DNA from: Gammaproteobacteria bacterium
Lineage (GTDB): Bacteria; Pseudomonadota; Gammaproteobacteria; JAJFKG01
Assembly: GCA_021773335.1 (NCBI GenBank)
Contig: JAJFKG010000051.1
Span: 133,985 to 197,984, forward strand
DNA length: 64,000 nucleotides
Direction of reading: 5' to 3'
Shown piece by piece: positions 38,631-48,813 of this stretch. The translations under genes were made by a program, and so were the position numbers. The number at the start of each line of letters is the position of its first letter. The stretch's first letter is position 1. The notes beneath the pieces are model-generated. The model saw only the letters and a list, made by a program, of their open reading frames with translations. It ran no database searches and had not been told where the DNA came from.

Positions 38631-38983
38631 AAATCACCTCTACAAAAAACTCTAAATATTATTACTATCCTTGCCGCGAGAGAAGTTAAAAATGAATTAA
38701 TCCTGAATTCATAAAATGCAAATATTGTTTTCGGTCTCTCAGTAGGTATAGCAACTGACAGTGAGAACGCAAGAAACATGCGGCGAAAAATTCACATAAA
38801 TTTGTGCATTAATGTGTGAGTTTTAGGCCTATTTTTATGGGCTATTTCGTAAATGGCTGTAAGCGGATTAATCTTGGGCTTGTGGCAGCCTACACTATCA
38901 GTAGCTTAGTGTTTGGTCGACAAAGCGTAGCACTTATGAGATCCTATCTACGTACAAATACAGGATGAATTAGCAAAGGTGAT

Positions 38984-39931
38984 GTGATGTACGGTAGTTT
39001 TTCTAGCATAACTGAGTGGACTAAAAAAGGTAAACGAAAAAGCACCCAAGAGGTGTATGGCGAGAATGAGCACCATGCTTCTTCATCGAGCAGCAGTGGA
39101 GAAGAAGAGAGTAGTTTGCTTTATGATTTGGGACAGATGGGGTTTTTGCCTCCCTCCCCTGCTTCCTCTGAGGAAGAGGATACTTTTTCGTTCTCTACGT
39201 ACTTGGGCGAGGATCCGAGTAACATAATTTATTCTCCTTCTTATAATAAGTGCATGGCATCGGGTAGCAGTACTACAAATGACAAGAGCAACCGCGTACG
39301 AGAAGCGGTTCAACGAAAGCAAAAAACGCGTGATGATATTCGTGTCCTTTTTGAGTTTGCGCGAGAAAAGAAAATGTGGGCAACTCTGGAATATGCCATA
39401 AAATGTTTAGAAGAAAGTAAGATTGATGTCGATCAAGACATTAAAAAGCTATTCAAACAGTTTCTAAACAATGCAGACATATCTTTAAGAAACATGGCAT
39501 CACTATTAGAGCTAGAAGCAGAGTTATTTAGAACGATTGATGATCATCCTTTACTCCGAACTTATCTTGAAACTACACCAACGCTTTCTTTTCAGCTAAT
39601 GGTCAAGCTAATCGATCACGAGGTCAAAAAGTTTAGAAAGGCTGAGTCAAGCATAAACTATCAGACGAGTGCAAACAAGATTGGGCGTTTACGGGTAATA
39701 TGTGCGTTAATTAGTATCGAGGGAGAAAAGGTTGATATAACCATAGGTGCAGGCAGTAACAGGGGTAAAGTGGGTAAATTTGAGTACCTTAAAGAGGCAA
39801 TGAAATTGCTTGGTAATTCTCCAAACATGGTAGCAGCGGTTGAGGCGCTAAAGAGAAAGCTAGTTGATGATAGCGAGGCTGATCAAATTTGCAATGCCAC
39901 TGAAAATCAGTCGACTTTCAACCTAAGGTAA
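38984..39931 (+). CDS. Hypothetical orphan protein with poly-Ser/acidic N-terminus; candidate effector
   Basis: 315-codon ORF, AAGGTG upstream; no recognised family. Confidence 0.7.
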   Translation: MMYGSFSSITEWTKKGKRKSTQEVYGENEHHASSSSSSGEEESSLLYDLGQMGFLPPSPASSEEEDTFSFSTYLGEDPSNIIYSPSYNKCMASGSSTTNDKSNRVREAVQRKQKTRDDIRVLFEFAREKKMWATLEYAIKCLEESKIDVDQDIKKLFKQFLNNADISLRNMASLLELEAELFRTIDDHPLLRTYLETTPTLSFQLMVKLIDHEVKKFRKAESSINYQTSANKIGRLRVICALISIEGEKVDITIGAGSNRGKVGKFEYLKEAMKLLGNSPNMVAAVEALKRKLVDDSEADQICNATENQSTFNLR

Positions 39932-39941
39932 ATGTTGCTCG

Positions 39942-41057
39942 CTATTCTGAATTTGACAAATTGCCTGAGTCTATCTTCAATCGACGCTCATTCGCATGCC
40001 GTTCTAAGGCTAAGTCAATCAAACGATCAATCAACTGCGGATACGCTAAACCACTGGCTTCCCATAGTTTCGGGTACATACTGATGTTGGTAAAACCAGG
40101 GATTGGATTCACTTCATTAAGATAGATACTACCATCGTTTCGCAAAAAGAAATCCACACGAGCCATACCTTGTAATTCTAATGCCATGAAAGCACGTACA
40201 GCTAATTGTTGAATCGTGTGGCGCGTCGCAACTGGAATGTCGGCGGGCACGCTTAGGCTAGCCCCATCTTCATCTAAGTATTTTGCCGCATACGAATAAA
40301 ATTCCTGATGCGTGATAACTTCACCGGGTAAGGCGGCGATGGGATTATCGTTGCCGAGCACGGAGCATTCGATCTCACGCCCTTCGATAAATTCTTCGAT
40401 TAACACCTTAGTATCATATTCTAAAGCAAGCTCTAGTGCGGGTTGCAACTCAGCAAGGGTTTTTACTTTACTAATTGCTACGGATGAACCTAAATGTGCG
40501 GGTTTAACAAAGCAAGGTAAACCTAATGTATTAACAATGGATTTTAAATTGATACATTTGAGTTTGTGTTTACTGACACTCATGAAGCGGACACTTTGAA
40601 TGCCAGCGTCACGCAGCAGGCGTTTAGTGACATCTTTATCCATACTTGCTGCACAGGCGAGGACATCGGCGCCCACAAAAGGAATATCGGCGAGCCGAAA
40701 TAGCCCTTGCACAGTGCCATCTTCACCAAGCGGGCCATGTAGCACCGGGAAGATCACATCTAGAGAGGTAATCGATTTATTGAGTTTTAAGTTAATTAAT
40801 TGCTGGTTATCACCGGGTAAAAGCGCGACGTTATCACTGTTGTTGTTGACGCGCAGCATTTTGGGATTGCTGGATTCGAGTAAAGATTGTGCCGATTCTT
40901 GTAAAAACCATTTGCCTTGTTTATCGATGCCGATCAGGGTGATAGCGTATTTGTCTTTATCGAGGGCTTCGATAACATTTTTTGCAGAGGCGACCGAGAC
41001 TTCGTGCTCGGCGGATTTGCCACCAAACAACACACCAACCTTGGTTTTTTTAGGCAT
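39942..41057 (-). CDS. ddlA: D-alanine--D-alanine ligase (DdlA type)
   Basis: FGGKSAEHEVS, LHGPLGEDG, GSSV, FYSYAAKY, NEVNPIPG. Confidence 0.96.
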   Translation of the reverse strand: MPKKTKVGVLFGGKSAEHEVSVASAKNVIEALDKDKYAITLIGIDKQGKWFLQESAQSLLESSNPKMLRVNNNSDNVALLPGDNQQLINLKLNKSITSLDVIFPVLHGPLGEDGTVQGLFRLADIPFVGADVLACAASMDKDVTKRLLRDAGIQSVRFMSVSKHKLKCINLKSIVNTLGLPCFVKPAHLGSSVAISKVKTLAELQPALELALEYDTKVLIEEFIEGREIECSVLGNDNPIAALPGEVITHQEFYSYAAKYLDEDGASLSVPADIPVATRHTIQQLAVRAFMALELQGMARVDFFLRNDGSIYLNEVNPIPGFTNISMYPKLWEASGLAYPQLIDRLIDLALERHANERRLKIDSGNLSNSE

Positions 41058-41224
41058 AATGATACTTTCCTTTCTTTTTTTAAAGAGTTAAATCTGTAGA
41101 TGAATTCAGAATAAGAGGCTGGTGGGGCCAGACTCAGTGTCATGGGAACAAAGTTTAACCTGAGAGGGATGGGTATACAAGCTTTTCTCTTGAAAAAGTG
41201 AGAGAAATGCAATGATATCCTAAT

Positions 41225-41440
41225 GTAGCCTATTGCCTTCTAGTCAAGCCCAGATGTAGCCCGGATAAGTTGCTACGCAACTTATCCGGGCTACGGCTTA
41301 CGTACGAACAAATGCTAATGTAGCCTTGATAAGCCGCGCAGCGGCGCATCAAGGAGCAGGGTTTGCTAATACATTCCCTTGATGCGCACTATGCGCTTAT
41401 CAAGGCTACATCTGGCCTTGACGCAAAGACAGTAGGCTAC
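41225..41440. repeat. Nested GTAG-type REP composite, copy D
   Basis: Outer arms at 41225 and ending 41440; collapsed CCCGG pair 41256-41294; intact CCTTG pair 41320-41409. Confidence 0.9.
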
Positions 41441-41482
41441 ACAAGAACCAGGCTGCAATTTGCAGGATGACGAAGATGCCAC

Positions 41483-41530
41483 AAAAAAAGCAGAGGACTC
41501 AAGGCCACGAGTGGCAATCAATCCTCTGCT
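41483..41530 (-). terminator. Probable terminator after nrdB
   Basis: AGCAGAGGA/TCCTCTGCT stem with inner GCCAC/GTGGC hairpin, then a U-tract on minus strand. Confidence 0.6.
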
Positions 41531-41579
41531 CAACGTTAAACTGTCTACTCCGCCAGCTTAACTGAAGGCTTGACGATCC

Positions 41580-42932
41580 TTAGTCGTCCCAGCTTAAAGC
41601 GCCACCGGTTTGGTATTCAATCACACGGGTCTCAAAGAAATTTTTCTCTTTCTTCAAATCCACGACTTCACTCATCCATGGGAATGGGTTTTCAGCCTTA
41701 CCGTAGATAGGAGACAAACCGATTTGTGCACAACGACGATTAGCGATGAATTCCATATACTCTTTGAACATACCGGCATTCAAGCCCAACACACCGCGCG
41801 GCATGGTATCGACGGCATATTGATATTCGAGCTGCGTTGCTTCGTGAATCATGTCTTTGATTTCCGTTTGCAACTGAGCATCCCACAGGCCTGGATTTTC
41901 AACTTTAATTTGATTAATAACGTCAATACCAAAGTTCATATGCATCGATTCATCACGTAGGATGTATTGGATTTGCTCTGATGTGCCCGTCATCTTGTTG
42001 CGACGCCCGAACGAGAGTAATTGCACAAAGCCAACATAAAAGAAAATACCTTCAAACACGACATAAAAAGCCACGAGATCGCGCAGAAAGCGTTTCATCC
42101 CATCAGCACTATTGGTTGAGAAATTTGGATCATTGAGTGATTGCGTATACTTGAGTGCCCATGCCGCTTTATCATGTACCGAAGGAATTTCACGGTACAT
42201 ATTAAAGACTTCTGCTTCATCCAAACCAAGGCTTTCGACGGTGTAACTATAGCTATGTGTGTGTAGTGCTTCTTCGAACGCTTGGCGTAACAGATATTGA
42301 CGACATTCAGGATTGGTTAAAAAACGGTAAACGGCAAGCACTAAGTTGTTGGCTACCAACGAATCAGCCGTTGAGAAAAATCCCAGTGCGCGTTTGATGA
42401 TGACGCGCTCATCTTCACTTAAACCGTCGGGATCGCGCCACATGGCCACGTCTGCTGACATATTAATTTCATTCGGCATCCAATGGTTGGCGCAAGCATC
42501 TAAGTATTTTTGCCATGCCCAATTATATTTAAGTGGAAATAGCTGATTTAAATCGGCACGACAGTTAAGGAGTTTTTTGTCATCGACTTGAATGCGCTTG
42601 GCACCCATTTCAAGTTCCTCTAAACCGGTGATACCGCCCTGCGTCTGTGGGTGCGAGTTAGCAGTACCCGTGGTACCACCATCTTCGCCACCATCTTCGC
42701 CACCGTCTTCCTCTTCTGAATGGTTGCGTAGAATGGGCTTAGGATGCGTTGTTTGTGCATGTTGGCGTAGTTTTTCTGCCAGCTGTTGGTCCAATACCGG
42801 CGCAGGCGCACTTGGCATTTTTGCTGGTGACTCTTGGGATTGCGCTGCAAGCACATCTTCGGGATTAGCAACAGGTGGTGAAGCGACTGCAGTATTATCA
42901 TCATCAAATGAAAATTTATCCCAATTTAACAT
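41580..42932 (-). CDS. nrdB: Class Ia ribonucleotide reductase beta subunit with long N-terminal extension
   Basis: [16 protein letters not shown] (radical Tyr present), [24 protein letters not shown]. Confidence 0.97.
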   Translation of the reverse strand: MLNWDKFSFDDDNTAVASPPVANPEDVLAAQSQESPAKMPSAPAPVLDQQLAEKLRQHAQTTHPKPILRNHSEEEDGGEDGGEDGGTTGTANSHPQTQGGITGLEELEMGAKRIQVDDKKLLNCRADLNQLFPLKYNWAWQKYLDACANHWMPNEINMSADVAMWRDPDGLSEDERVIIKRALGFFSTADSLVANNLVLAVYRFLTNPECRQYLLRQAFEEALHTHSYSYTVESLGLDEAEVFNMYREIPSVHDKAAWALKYTQSLNDPNFSTNSADGMKRFLRDLVAFYVVFEGIFFYVGFVQLLSFGRRNKMTGTSEQIQYILRDESMHMNFGIDVINQIKVENPGLWDAQLQTEIKDMIHEATQLEYQYAVDTMPRGVLGLNAGMFKEYMEFIANRRCAQIGLSPIYGKAENPFPWMSEVVDLKKEKNFFETRVIEYQTGGALSWDD

Positions 42933-42989
42933 TATTTACTCCTCTCTATCAGATATTCTCTTCCGTGACATTAAATCTGTAACAAAATC

Positions 42990-45860
42990 CTATTCGCACG
43001 CTTCACAACTTGGATCATCGATGGGACACAATTGTGGTTGTGACGAATCGACATTAACCGCATTCAAGTTGCCGGTATGCATAGTTGATTTTTCGGTATT
43101 GGTGGCGCCAAGACTACGTAAATAATAAGTTGTCTTGAGCCCGCGGATCCATGCCATGCGATAAATTGCATCGAGCTTTTTACCGGATGGATTCGCCAAG
43201 TATAAATTGAGTGATTGTGCTTGATCGATCCATTTTTGGCGACGTGAAGCACACTCGATCAACCAGCGCGGGTCGATTTCAAATGCGGTGGCATAACGTT
43301 GTTTGAGTCCTGCTGGTATGCGATCAATGCTTTGTACGCTACCATCATAGTATTTCAAATCATTGATCATGACTTCATCCCATAAGCCCAACGCTTTGAG
43401 TTCATTGATCAAGTAGAGATTCACCACAGTGAATTCACCGGATAAGTTCGATTTTACATACAGGTTCTGATAGGTTGGTTCGATCGATTGTGACACGCCA
43501 CAGATATTGGATATCGTGGCGGTGGGAGCGATCGCCATGGTGTTAGAGTTGCGCATACCAACGGTCCGGACTTTGGTGCGTAAAGCATCCCAATCTAAGG
43601 TTGTACTGGTATCTTGATCGAAATATTTATCACCGCGTGCTTCGCGTACAAATTTTATTGAATCAATAGGCAAAATGCCTTTGCTCCATAGCGAGCCTTC
43701 GTAACTTGCATAGTTACCACGTTCAGCCGCTAAGCCGCTGGAGGCATCGATCGCACAATAGCTAATGAGTTCCATGGAGCGATCGGCAAATTCCACCGCT
43801 TGTTCATTACTGTACGTGATACCGAGTTTGTAGAGTGCATCTTGAAAGCCCATAACCCCTAAACCAATGGGGCGGTGACGTAAGTTAGAGCGCCGCGCTT
43901 GTGGTACGGAGTAATAATTAATGTCGATAACATTATCTAACATGCGGATGGCGGTCTTAACGGTACGACGCAACTTATCTTCATCCAAACCTTTGTCATT
44001 AATGTGCTGAGGTAAATTGATACTGCCTAGATTACATACCGCAATTTCTTCTTGTGAAGTATTCAACGTGATCTCTGTGCATAGGTTTGAACTGTGGATC
44101 ACGCCAACATGCTGCTGCGGAGAGCGTAAGTTACACACGTCTTTGAAGGTTATCCAAGGATGGCCTGTTTCAAATAACATGCTTAGCATTTTACGCCATA
44201 GCTTGATCGCGGGGATTTTTTCAAAATTACGGATTTCACCAGCTGCCGCTTTAGTTTCATAAGTGACGTAAGCGTGTTCAAAGGCTTTGCCGTATAAATC
44301 GTGTAAGTCAGGGGCTTCATCCGGTGAAAACAATGTCCAATCTTTTTCTTCCATTACACGCTGCATAAATAAATCCGGCACCCAATTGGCGGTATTCATA
44401 TCATGCGTACGGCGACGTTCATCACCTGTGTTTTTACGTAATTCGAGATAATCTTCAACGTCGCGATGCCATGATTCTAAATAAGCGCAGACAGCCCCTT
44501 TGCGTTTGCCGCCCTGATTGACGGCAACCGCAGTAGCATTCGCTACATTCAGAAAGGGGATGGGGCCGAGCGATTTACCATTGGTACCTTTAATATGGGC
44601 GCCCATGCCACGCACGGACGTCCAATCATTACCGAGCCCGCCGGCGAATTTGGATAGCAATGCATTATCCTTAATTGCACCATAGATGCCATCCAAATCG
44701 TCGGGTACTGTTGTTAGGAAACAACTTGAAAGTTGCGGGCGCAGGGTTCCAGAATTAAATAGGGTCGGGGTTGAACTCATATAATCGAAAGATGAGAGCA
44801 AGCGGTAGAATTCGATTGCGCGTGCATTTTTATCGTCTTCACGAATAGCCAAGCCCATGGCGACGCGCATAAAGAAGGCTTGGGGTAGTTCAAAGCGAGT
44901 ATTTTCACTATGAATAAAATAACGATCATACAGTGTTTGTAGGCCAAGATAAGTAAATTGAAAATCACGTTCAGACTCGATTGCTTTACTCAACTTATCC
45001 AAGTCAAACTCAAGCAACTGCGGGTCTATTAATTCTAGGTCGACACCGCGTTGAATATATTGTTGTAGATACTTGGGGTATAATTTTTTCATTTCTGCGG
45101 CAGTGGCGCTGGTGCCTAAGCCAAGAAAGTTGAGTGCTTCACTGCGCAAATCATTCAACAATAAACGGGCGGCAACATAAGTGTAATCTGGCTCTTTTTC
45201 GATGAGTGGACGTGCACTCATAATCAATGCCTTATTGACGTCAGCAAAGGGAATGCCGTCAAAGATGTTGCGCAAGGTATCTTGTATGATCATATCGGCA
45301 TTGACATCGGTCAAGCCTGAACAGGCTTCTTTGACAGTTTTGCTTAAACGTTTGGTATCTAAGGCTTGTGGCTTACCGCTAGGCATTAATACCTTAATGC
45401 CCGCACCTAGGTCACCACTGCCTTCGCCGCCGTCATCGGCTTCTTCTTGCTCGCGCTGTTTACGGCGTTCTTCACGATAAAGAACATATGCACGCGCCAC
45501 TTTATGATGGCCATCACGCATCAGCGCGAGTTCGACTTGATCTTGAATTTGCTCAATATGAATGGTGCCACTATTGGCGGTACGGCGTTTAAAAATATCG
45601 GTAATCGTAGTACTGAGTTTGGCGACAATATCATGGATACGGTTAGATGCAGCAGCACTACCATCTTGCTCAACCGCAAGAAATGCTTTGGTCATAGCGA
45701 CTGTGATTTTTGATTCGTCATAAGGCATAACGGTGCCGTTACGGCGAATTACTCGCAGCTGCCCTGGTGCGGTTGCTAGGACGTTATTTGTGGCATCACT
45801 ATTATTTTCTACAAGCTGTGAGGTGGGTTGATTGCTGAGCGTAATTGTCTCCGTTTCCAT
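42990..45860 (-). CDS. nrdA: Ribonucleotide reductase alpha subunit with tandem ATP-cone-like domains
   Basis: STPTLFN, LSSCF, SSNLCTEI, APTATIS, KTTYYLR, C-terminal CEAC. Confidence 0.98.
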   Translation of the reverse strand: METETITLSNQPTSQLVENNSDATNNVLATAPGQLRVIRRNGTVMPYDESKITVAMTKAFLAVEQDGSAAASNRIHDIVAKLSTTITDIFKRRTANSGTIHIEQIQDQVELALMRDGHHKVARAYVLYREERRKQREQEEADDGGEGSGDLGAGIKVLMPSGKPQALDTKRLSKTVKEACSGLTDVNADMIIQDTLRNIFDGIPFADVNKALIMSARPLIEKEPDYTYVAARLLLNDLRSEALNFLGLGTSATAAEMKKLYPKYLQQYIQRGVDLELIDPQLLEFDLDKLSKAIESERDFQFTYLGLQTLYDRYFIHSENTRFELPQAFFMRVAMGLAIREDDKNARAIEFYRLLSSFDYMSSTPTLFNSGTLRPQLSSCFLTTVPDDLDGIYGAIKDNALLSKFAGGLGNDWTSVRGMGAHIKGTNGKSLGPIPFLNVANATAVAVNQGGKRKGAVCAYLESWHRDVEDYLELRKNTGDERRRTHDMNTANWVPDLFMQRVMEEKDWTLFSPDEAPDLHDLYGKAFEHAYVTYETKAAAGEIRNFEKIPAIKLWRKMLSMLFETGHPWITFKDVCNLRSPQQHVGVIHSSNLCTEITLNTSQEEIAVCNLGSINLPQHINDKGLDEDKLRRTVKTAIRMLDNVIDINYYSVPQARRSNLRHRPIGLGVMGFQDALYKLGITYSNEQAVEFADRSMELISYCAIDASSGLAAERGNYASYEGSLWSKGILPIDSIKFVREARGDKYFDQDTSTTLDWDALRTKVRTVGMRNSNTMAIAPTATISNICGVSQSIEPTYQNLYVKSNLSGEFTVVNLYLINELKALGLWDEVMINDLKYYDGSVQSIDRIPAGLKQRYATAFEIDPRWLIECASRRQKWIDQAQSLNLYLANPSGKKLDAIYRMAWIRGLKTTYYLRSLGATNTEKSTMHTGNLNAVNVDSSQPQLCPIDDPSCEACE

Positions 45861-45935
45861 GCTTTCTCCGGTGCAATAATTGTTCGTTTTGTTCCATGCA
45901 GTGGCGCCTTTGTGAAAACTCTAATCAGAGGTAAA

Positions 45936-45983
45936 CCCCAATATATAGGTGTCTGTGCCACTTATCGGTACAAGATAGAGGGT
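45936..45983. promoter_or_regulatory. Tandem NrdR boxes upstream of nrdA
   Basis: CCCCAATATATAGGTG (45936) and GTACAAGATAGAGGGT (45968), 32 bp apart; cores fit CwAtATaTwG. Confidence 0.85.
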
Positions 45984-46177
45984 ATTCTGCCAAAAAGCAA
46001 GGCAACATTATGCGGAAAAAGTGTGAGTAAATTCAGGTAATAATTTAAACGATTAGTGCCTCCTGTAATTACAACTAGTTAGCGTTACATTGTTTTAAAT
46101 ATGATAAGAAATGATAACTTATAGGACAATCATGCGCGGCTAGGTATAAGCTTACAGCCGCGCAGATTGGTTGGGAT

Positions 46178-47335
46178 TCAGCCTAATGCTTGTTCGAGGT
46201 CGGCTACTAAGTCATCAACTGATTCGATGCCGATAGAGATACGCACGAAGGTGTCACGAATCCCTAATTCCGCACGACGCGGCGCAGGGATCGAGGCATG
46301 TGTCATGATGCCGGGATGTTCGATCAAACTTTCCACGCCACCTAAACTTTCTGCGAGTGCGAAGATTTGACAACGTTCTAAGAAACGGCGTGTTTCATCT
46401 AAGCCACCTTTAATGTCAACACTGACGATACCACCGAAGCCTTGCATTTGTCGTTTTGCAAGGTCATGTTCTGGATGGTTGGGCAATCCTGGATAGTAAA
46501 CTCGTTCGACCTTTGGGTGTTGGCTGAGCCACTCCGCAATATGTAACGCACTTTGACAATGTTGCTGCATGCGTAGGGCTAAGGTTTTTAATCCGCGTAA
46601 TGCCAGGAAACTATCAAAGGGGCCGGCGATGGCACCGATGGAATTTTGTAAAAATCCCATTTGTTCGATCAACTCAGCATTGTCACCAACGACGGCAATG
46701 CCGCCGACCATATCAGAATGTCCATTTAAATATTTTGTGGCGGAATGTATAACAATATCAAACCCAAATTCGAGTGGGCGCTGGATACAAGGCGTTGCGA
46801 AAGTATTATCGGCAACGGCTATGATGTTTTTATCTTTAACTAGTTTGGCAACGGCCTCGAGATCGACAACCTTAAGTAATGGGTTGGTGGGTGTTTCTAC
46901 CCAAATCATGCGCGTATTTGGCTGTATAGCCGCTTCTAGAGCGTTTAAGTCACGCATATCGACGAAGCTGAAATCGAGGTTTGCTGAGCGTTTACGCACG
47001 TTTTCAAACAGACGATAGCTACCACCGTATATATCATCCATCGCAACGATGTGATCACCCGAATTTAATAACTCAAGTATGGTTGCAGTTGCCGCCATGC
47101 CGGATGCGAATGCGAAACCAGCTTTGCCACTTTCTAGATCAGCGACACAACGTTCGTATGCCATGCGCGTTGGATTTTGACTGCGCGAGTATTCATAACC
47201 TTGATGCTCACCAGGACTCTTTTGTACATAAGTCGACGTAGCGTAAATGGGCGGCATGATGGCGCCAGTGCTGGGGTCGGGAGTTTGCCCGGCGTGAATA
47301 ACACGTGTGGCAATATCGAGTTGTTTATTTGTCAT
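46178..47335 (-). CDS. Cystathionine gamma-lyase/gamma-synthase family PLP enzyme
   Basis: YSRSQNPT, ETPTNP, HSATKYLNGHSD, AESLGGVESL; ATGA-coupled to CBS. Confidence 0.93.
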   Translation of the reverse strand: MTNKQLDIATRVIHAGQTPDPSTGAIMPPIYATSTYVQKSPGEHQGYEYSRSQNPTRMAYERCVADLESGKAGFAFASGMAATATILELLNSGDHIVAMDDIYGGSYRLFENVRKRSANLDFSFVDMRDLNALEAAIQPNTRMIWVETPTNPLLKVVDLEAVAKLVKDKNIIAVADNTFATPCIQRPLEFGFDIVIHSATKYLNGHSDMVGGIAVVGDNAELIEQMGFLQNSIGAIAGPFDSFLALRGLKTLALRMQQHCQSALHIAEWLSQHPKVERVYYPGLPNHPEHDLAKRQMQGFGGIVSVDIKGGLDETRRFLERCQIFALAESLGGVESLIEHPGIMTHASIPAPRRAELGIRDTFVRISIGIESVDDLVADLEQALG

Positions 47336-48699
47336 GAGATTTTCCTACGTAAGTAATTCAATAGATCGCTGCGAGTAATAATGCCGAGGAATTCATCGCC
47401 ATGCATGACGATGGCAACATGGTCTTTGGCAAATGTTTGCAGTAATTGTTTGATGGGTGCGGTGTGGACAACGACATCCAGTTTTTTAGTCATGTACTTG
47501 CTAACAGGATCACGAAAATGTTCAGGGTGATCATTGACTGCAAGCAAGATATCAGATTCATCGATGATGCCACAGATATGATCATCTTGTAACACAGGTA
47601 GCTGTGAAATGTCATGCATTTTCATGCGTGTTTGCGCTGCAATTAGCGTTTCATCGGGGGTTGCTACCACAGTTTCATGCTTGCGATGCAAGCGCGAGAT
47701 TAAATCACGCAAATCACCATAGTGCTTGCGCTCGATGAAGCCTTGATCCAGCATCCAATGATCATTATACATCTTCGAAATATATTTATTGCCACTGTCA
47801 GGGATGATGGCAACGACACGTTTACATTCTGTTTGGCTACGACAATAATGTAACGCAGCGGCAAGGATGGTGCCTGATGAAGAGCCGACAAAAATACCTT
47901 CTCTTGCCAATAGTTCACGACCCGTGGCAAATGAGAGTTGATCCGAAATGCTGTAAGCGCGATCGACCAGACTTAAATCGCAAATGTCTGGAATAAAGTC
48001 TTCGCCGATACCCTCTACTTGCCAGCTACCGGCTTCGCGCATCACGCCTTCATTGACATAATCTGCTAATACTGAACCTTCGGGATCAGCGAGAATGACC
48101 TGTGTTTTTTCCGACATTTTCTTTAAATAACTACCAACGCCGGTGAGGGTGCCACCGGTGCCAACACCGCAGACAAAAGCATCGATATTATGTTCCATCT
48201 GTTGCCAAATTTCAGGGCCGGTACCTTCGACGTGTGCTTGCACGTTAGCAGGATTTGCAAATTGATTCACGTAAAAAGCATTTGGTGTCTCTTGCGCAAT
48301 ACGTGCAGCATAATCTTGATAATATTCAGGATGACCTTTAACGACGTCAGAGCGTGTCATTAATACTTCAGCACCCATGGCTTGTAGGTGAAATACTTTT
48401 TCTTGGCTCATTTTATCGGGAATTACGATCAAGAGCTTATAGCCTTTTTGCGCGGCGACTAGCGCGAGACCGAGACCAGTGTTGCCGGCAGTGGCTTCGA
48501 TGAGAGTGCCACCTGGTTGAATTAAGCCATCACGTTCAGCAGTTTGCACCATCGATAGCGCGATACGATCTTTAATGGACCCCCCGGGATTGTGATATTC
48601 CAGTTTCGCAAAGAGACGACAGGGCCCTGTATCAATATTGCGCAATTCTTGTAGGGGCGTGTTGCCAATCGAGTCGAGGATATTGCTTGCGAACGTCAT
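47332..48699 (-). CDS. Cystathionine beta-synthase with C-terminal CBS (Bateman) domains
   Basis: NPGGSIKDR, EATAGNTG, GVGTGGT, EGIGEDF; C-terminal ISQLPV and GIITRSD repeats. Confidence 0.92.
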   Translation of the reverse strand: MTFASNILDSIGNTPLQELRNIDTGPCRLFAKLEYHNPGGSIKDRIALSMVQTAERDGLIQPGGTLIEATAGNTGLGLALVAAQKGYKLLIVIPDKMSQEKVFHLQAMGAEVLMTRSDVVKGHPEYYQDYAARIAQETPNAFYVNQFANPANVQAHVEGTGPEIWQQMEHNIDAFVCGVGTGGTLTGVGSYLKKMSEKTQVILADPEGSVLADYVNEGVMREAGSWQVEGIGEDFIPDICDLSLVDRAYSISDQLSFATGRELLAREGIFVGSSSGTILAAALHYCRSQTECKRVVAIIPDSGNKYISKMYNDHWMLDQGFIERKHYGDLRDLISRLHRKHETVVATPDETLIAAQTRMKMHDISQLPVLQDDHICGIIDESDILLAVNDHPEHFRDPVSKYMTKKLDVVVHTAPIKQLLQTFAKDHVAIVMHGDEFLGIITRSDLLNYLRRKIS

Positions 48700-48813
48700 G
48701 AGGGGTCCTGATTTTTATAAATGGGCGCCTATTATAATCGGGACGGGGGCTGAGCCCCAGTGCGAAGTTAAAAAATGTCTGTGAATAAATTTTTTGTTCA
48801 AAAAATAGCCCAT

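Noticed and set aside
41580..42932. Class Ic (Mn/Fe) RNR beta subunit
   Set aside because: Radical Tyr (EEALHTHSY) and the Asp ligand are present, consistent with class Ia
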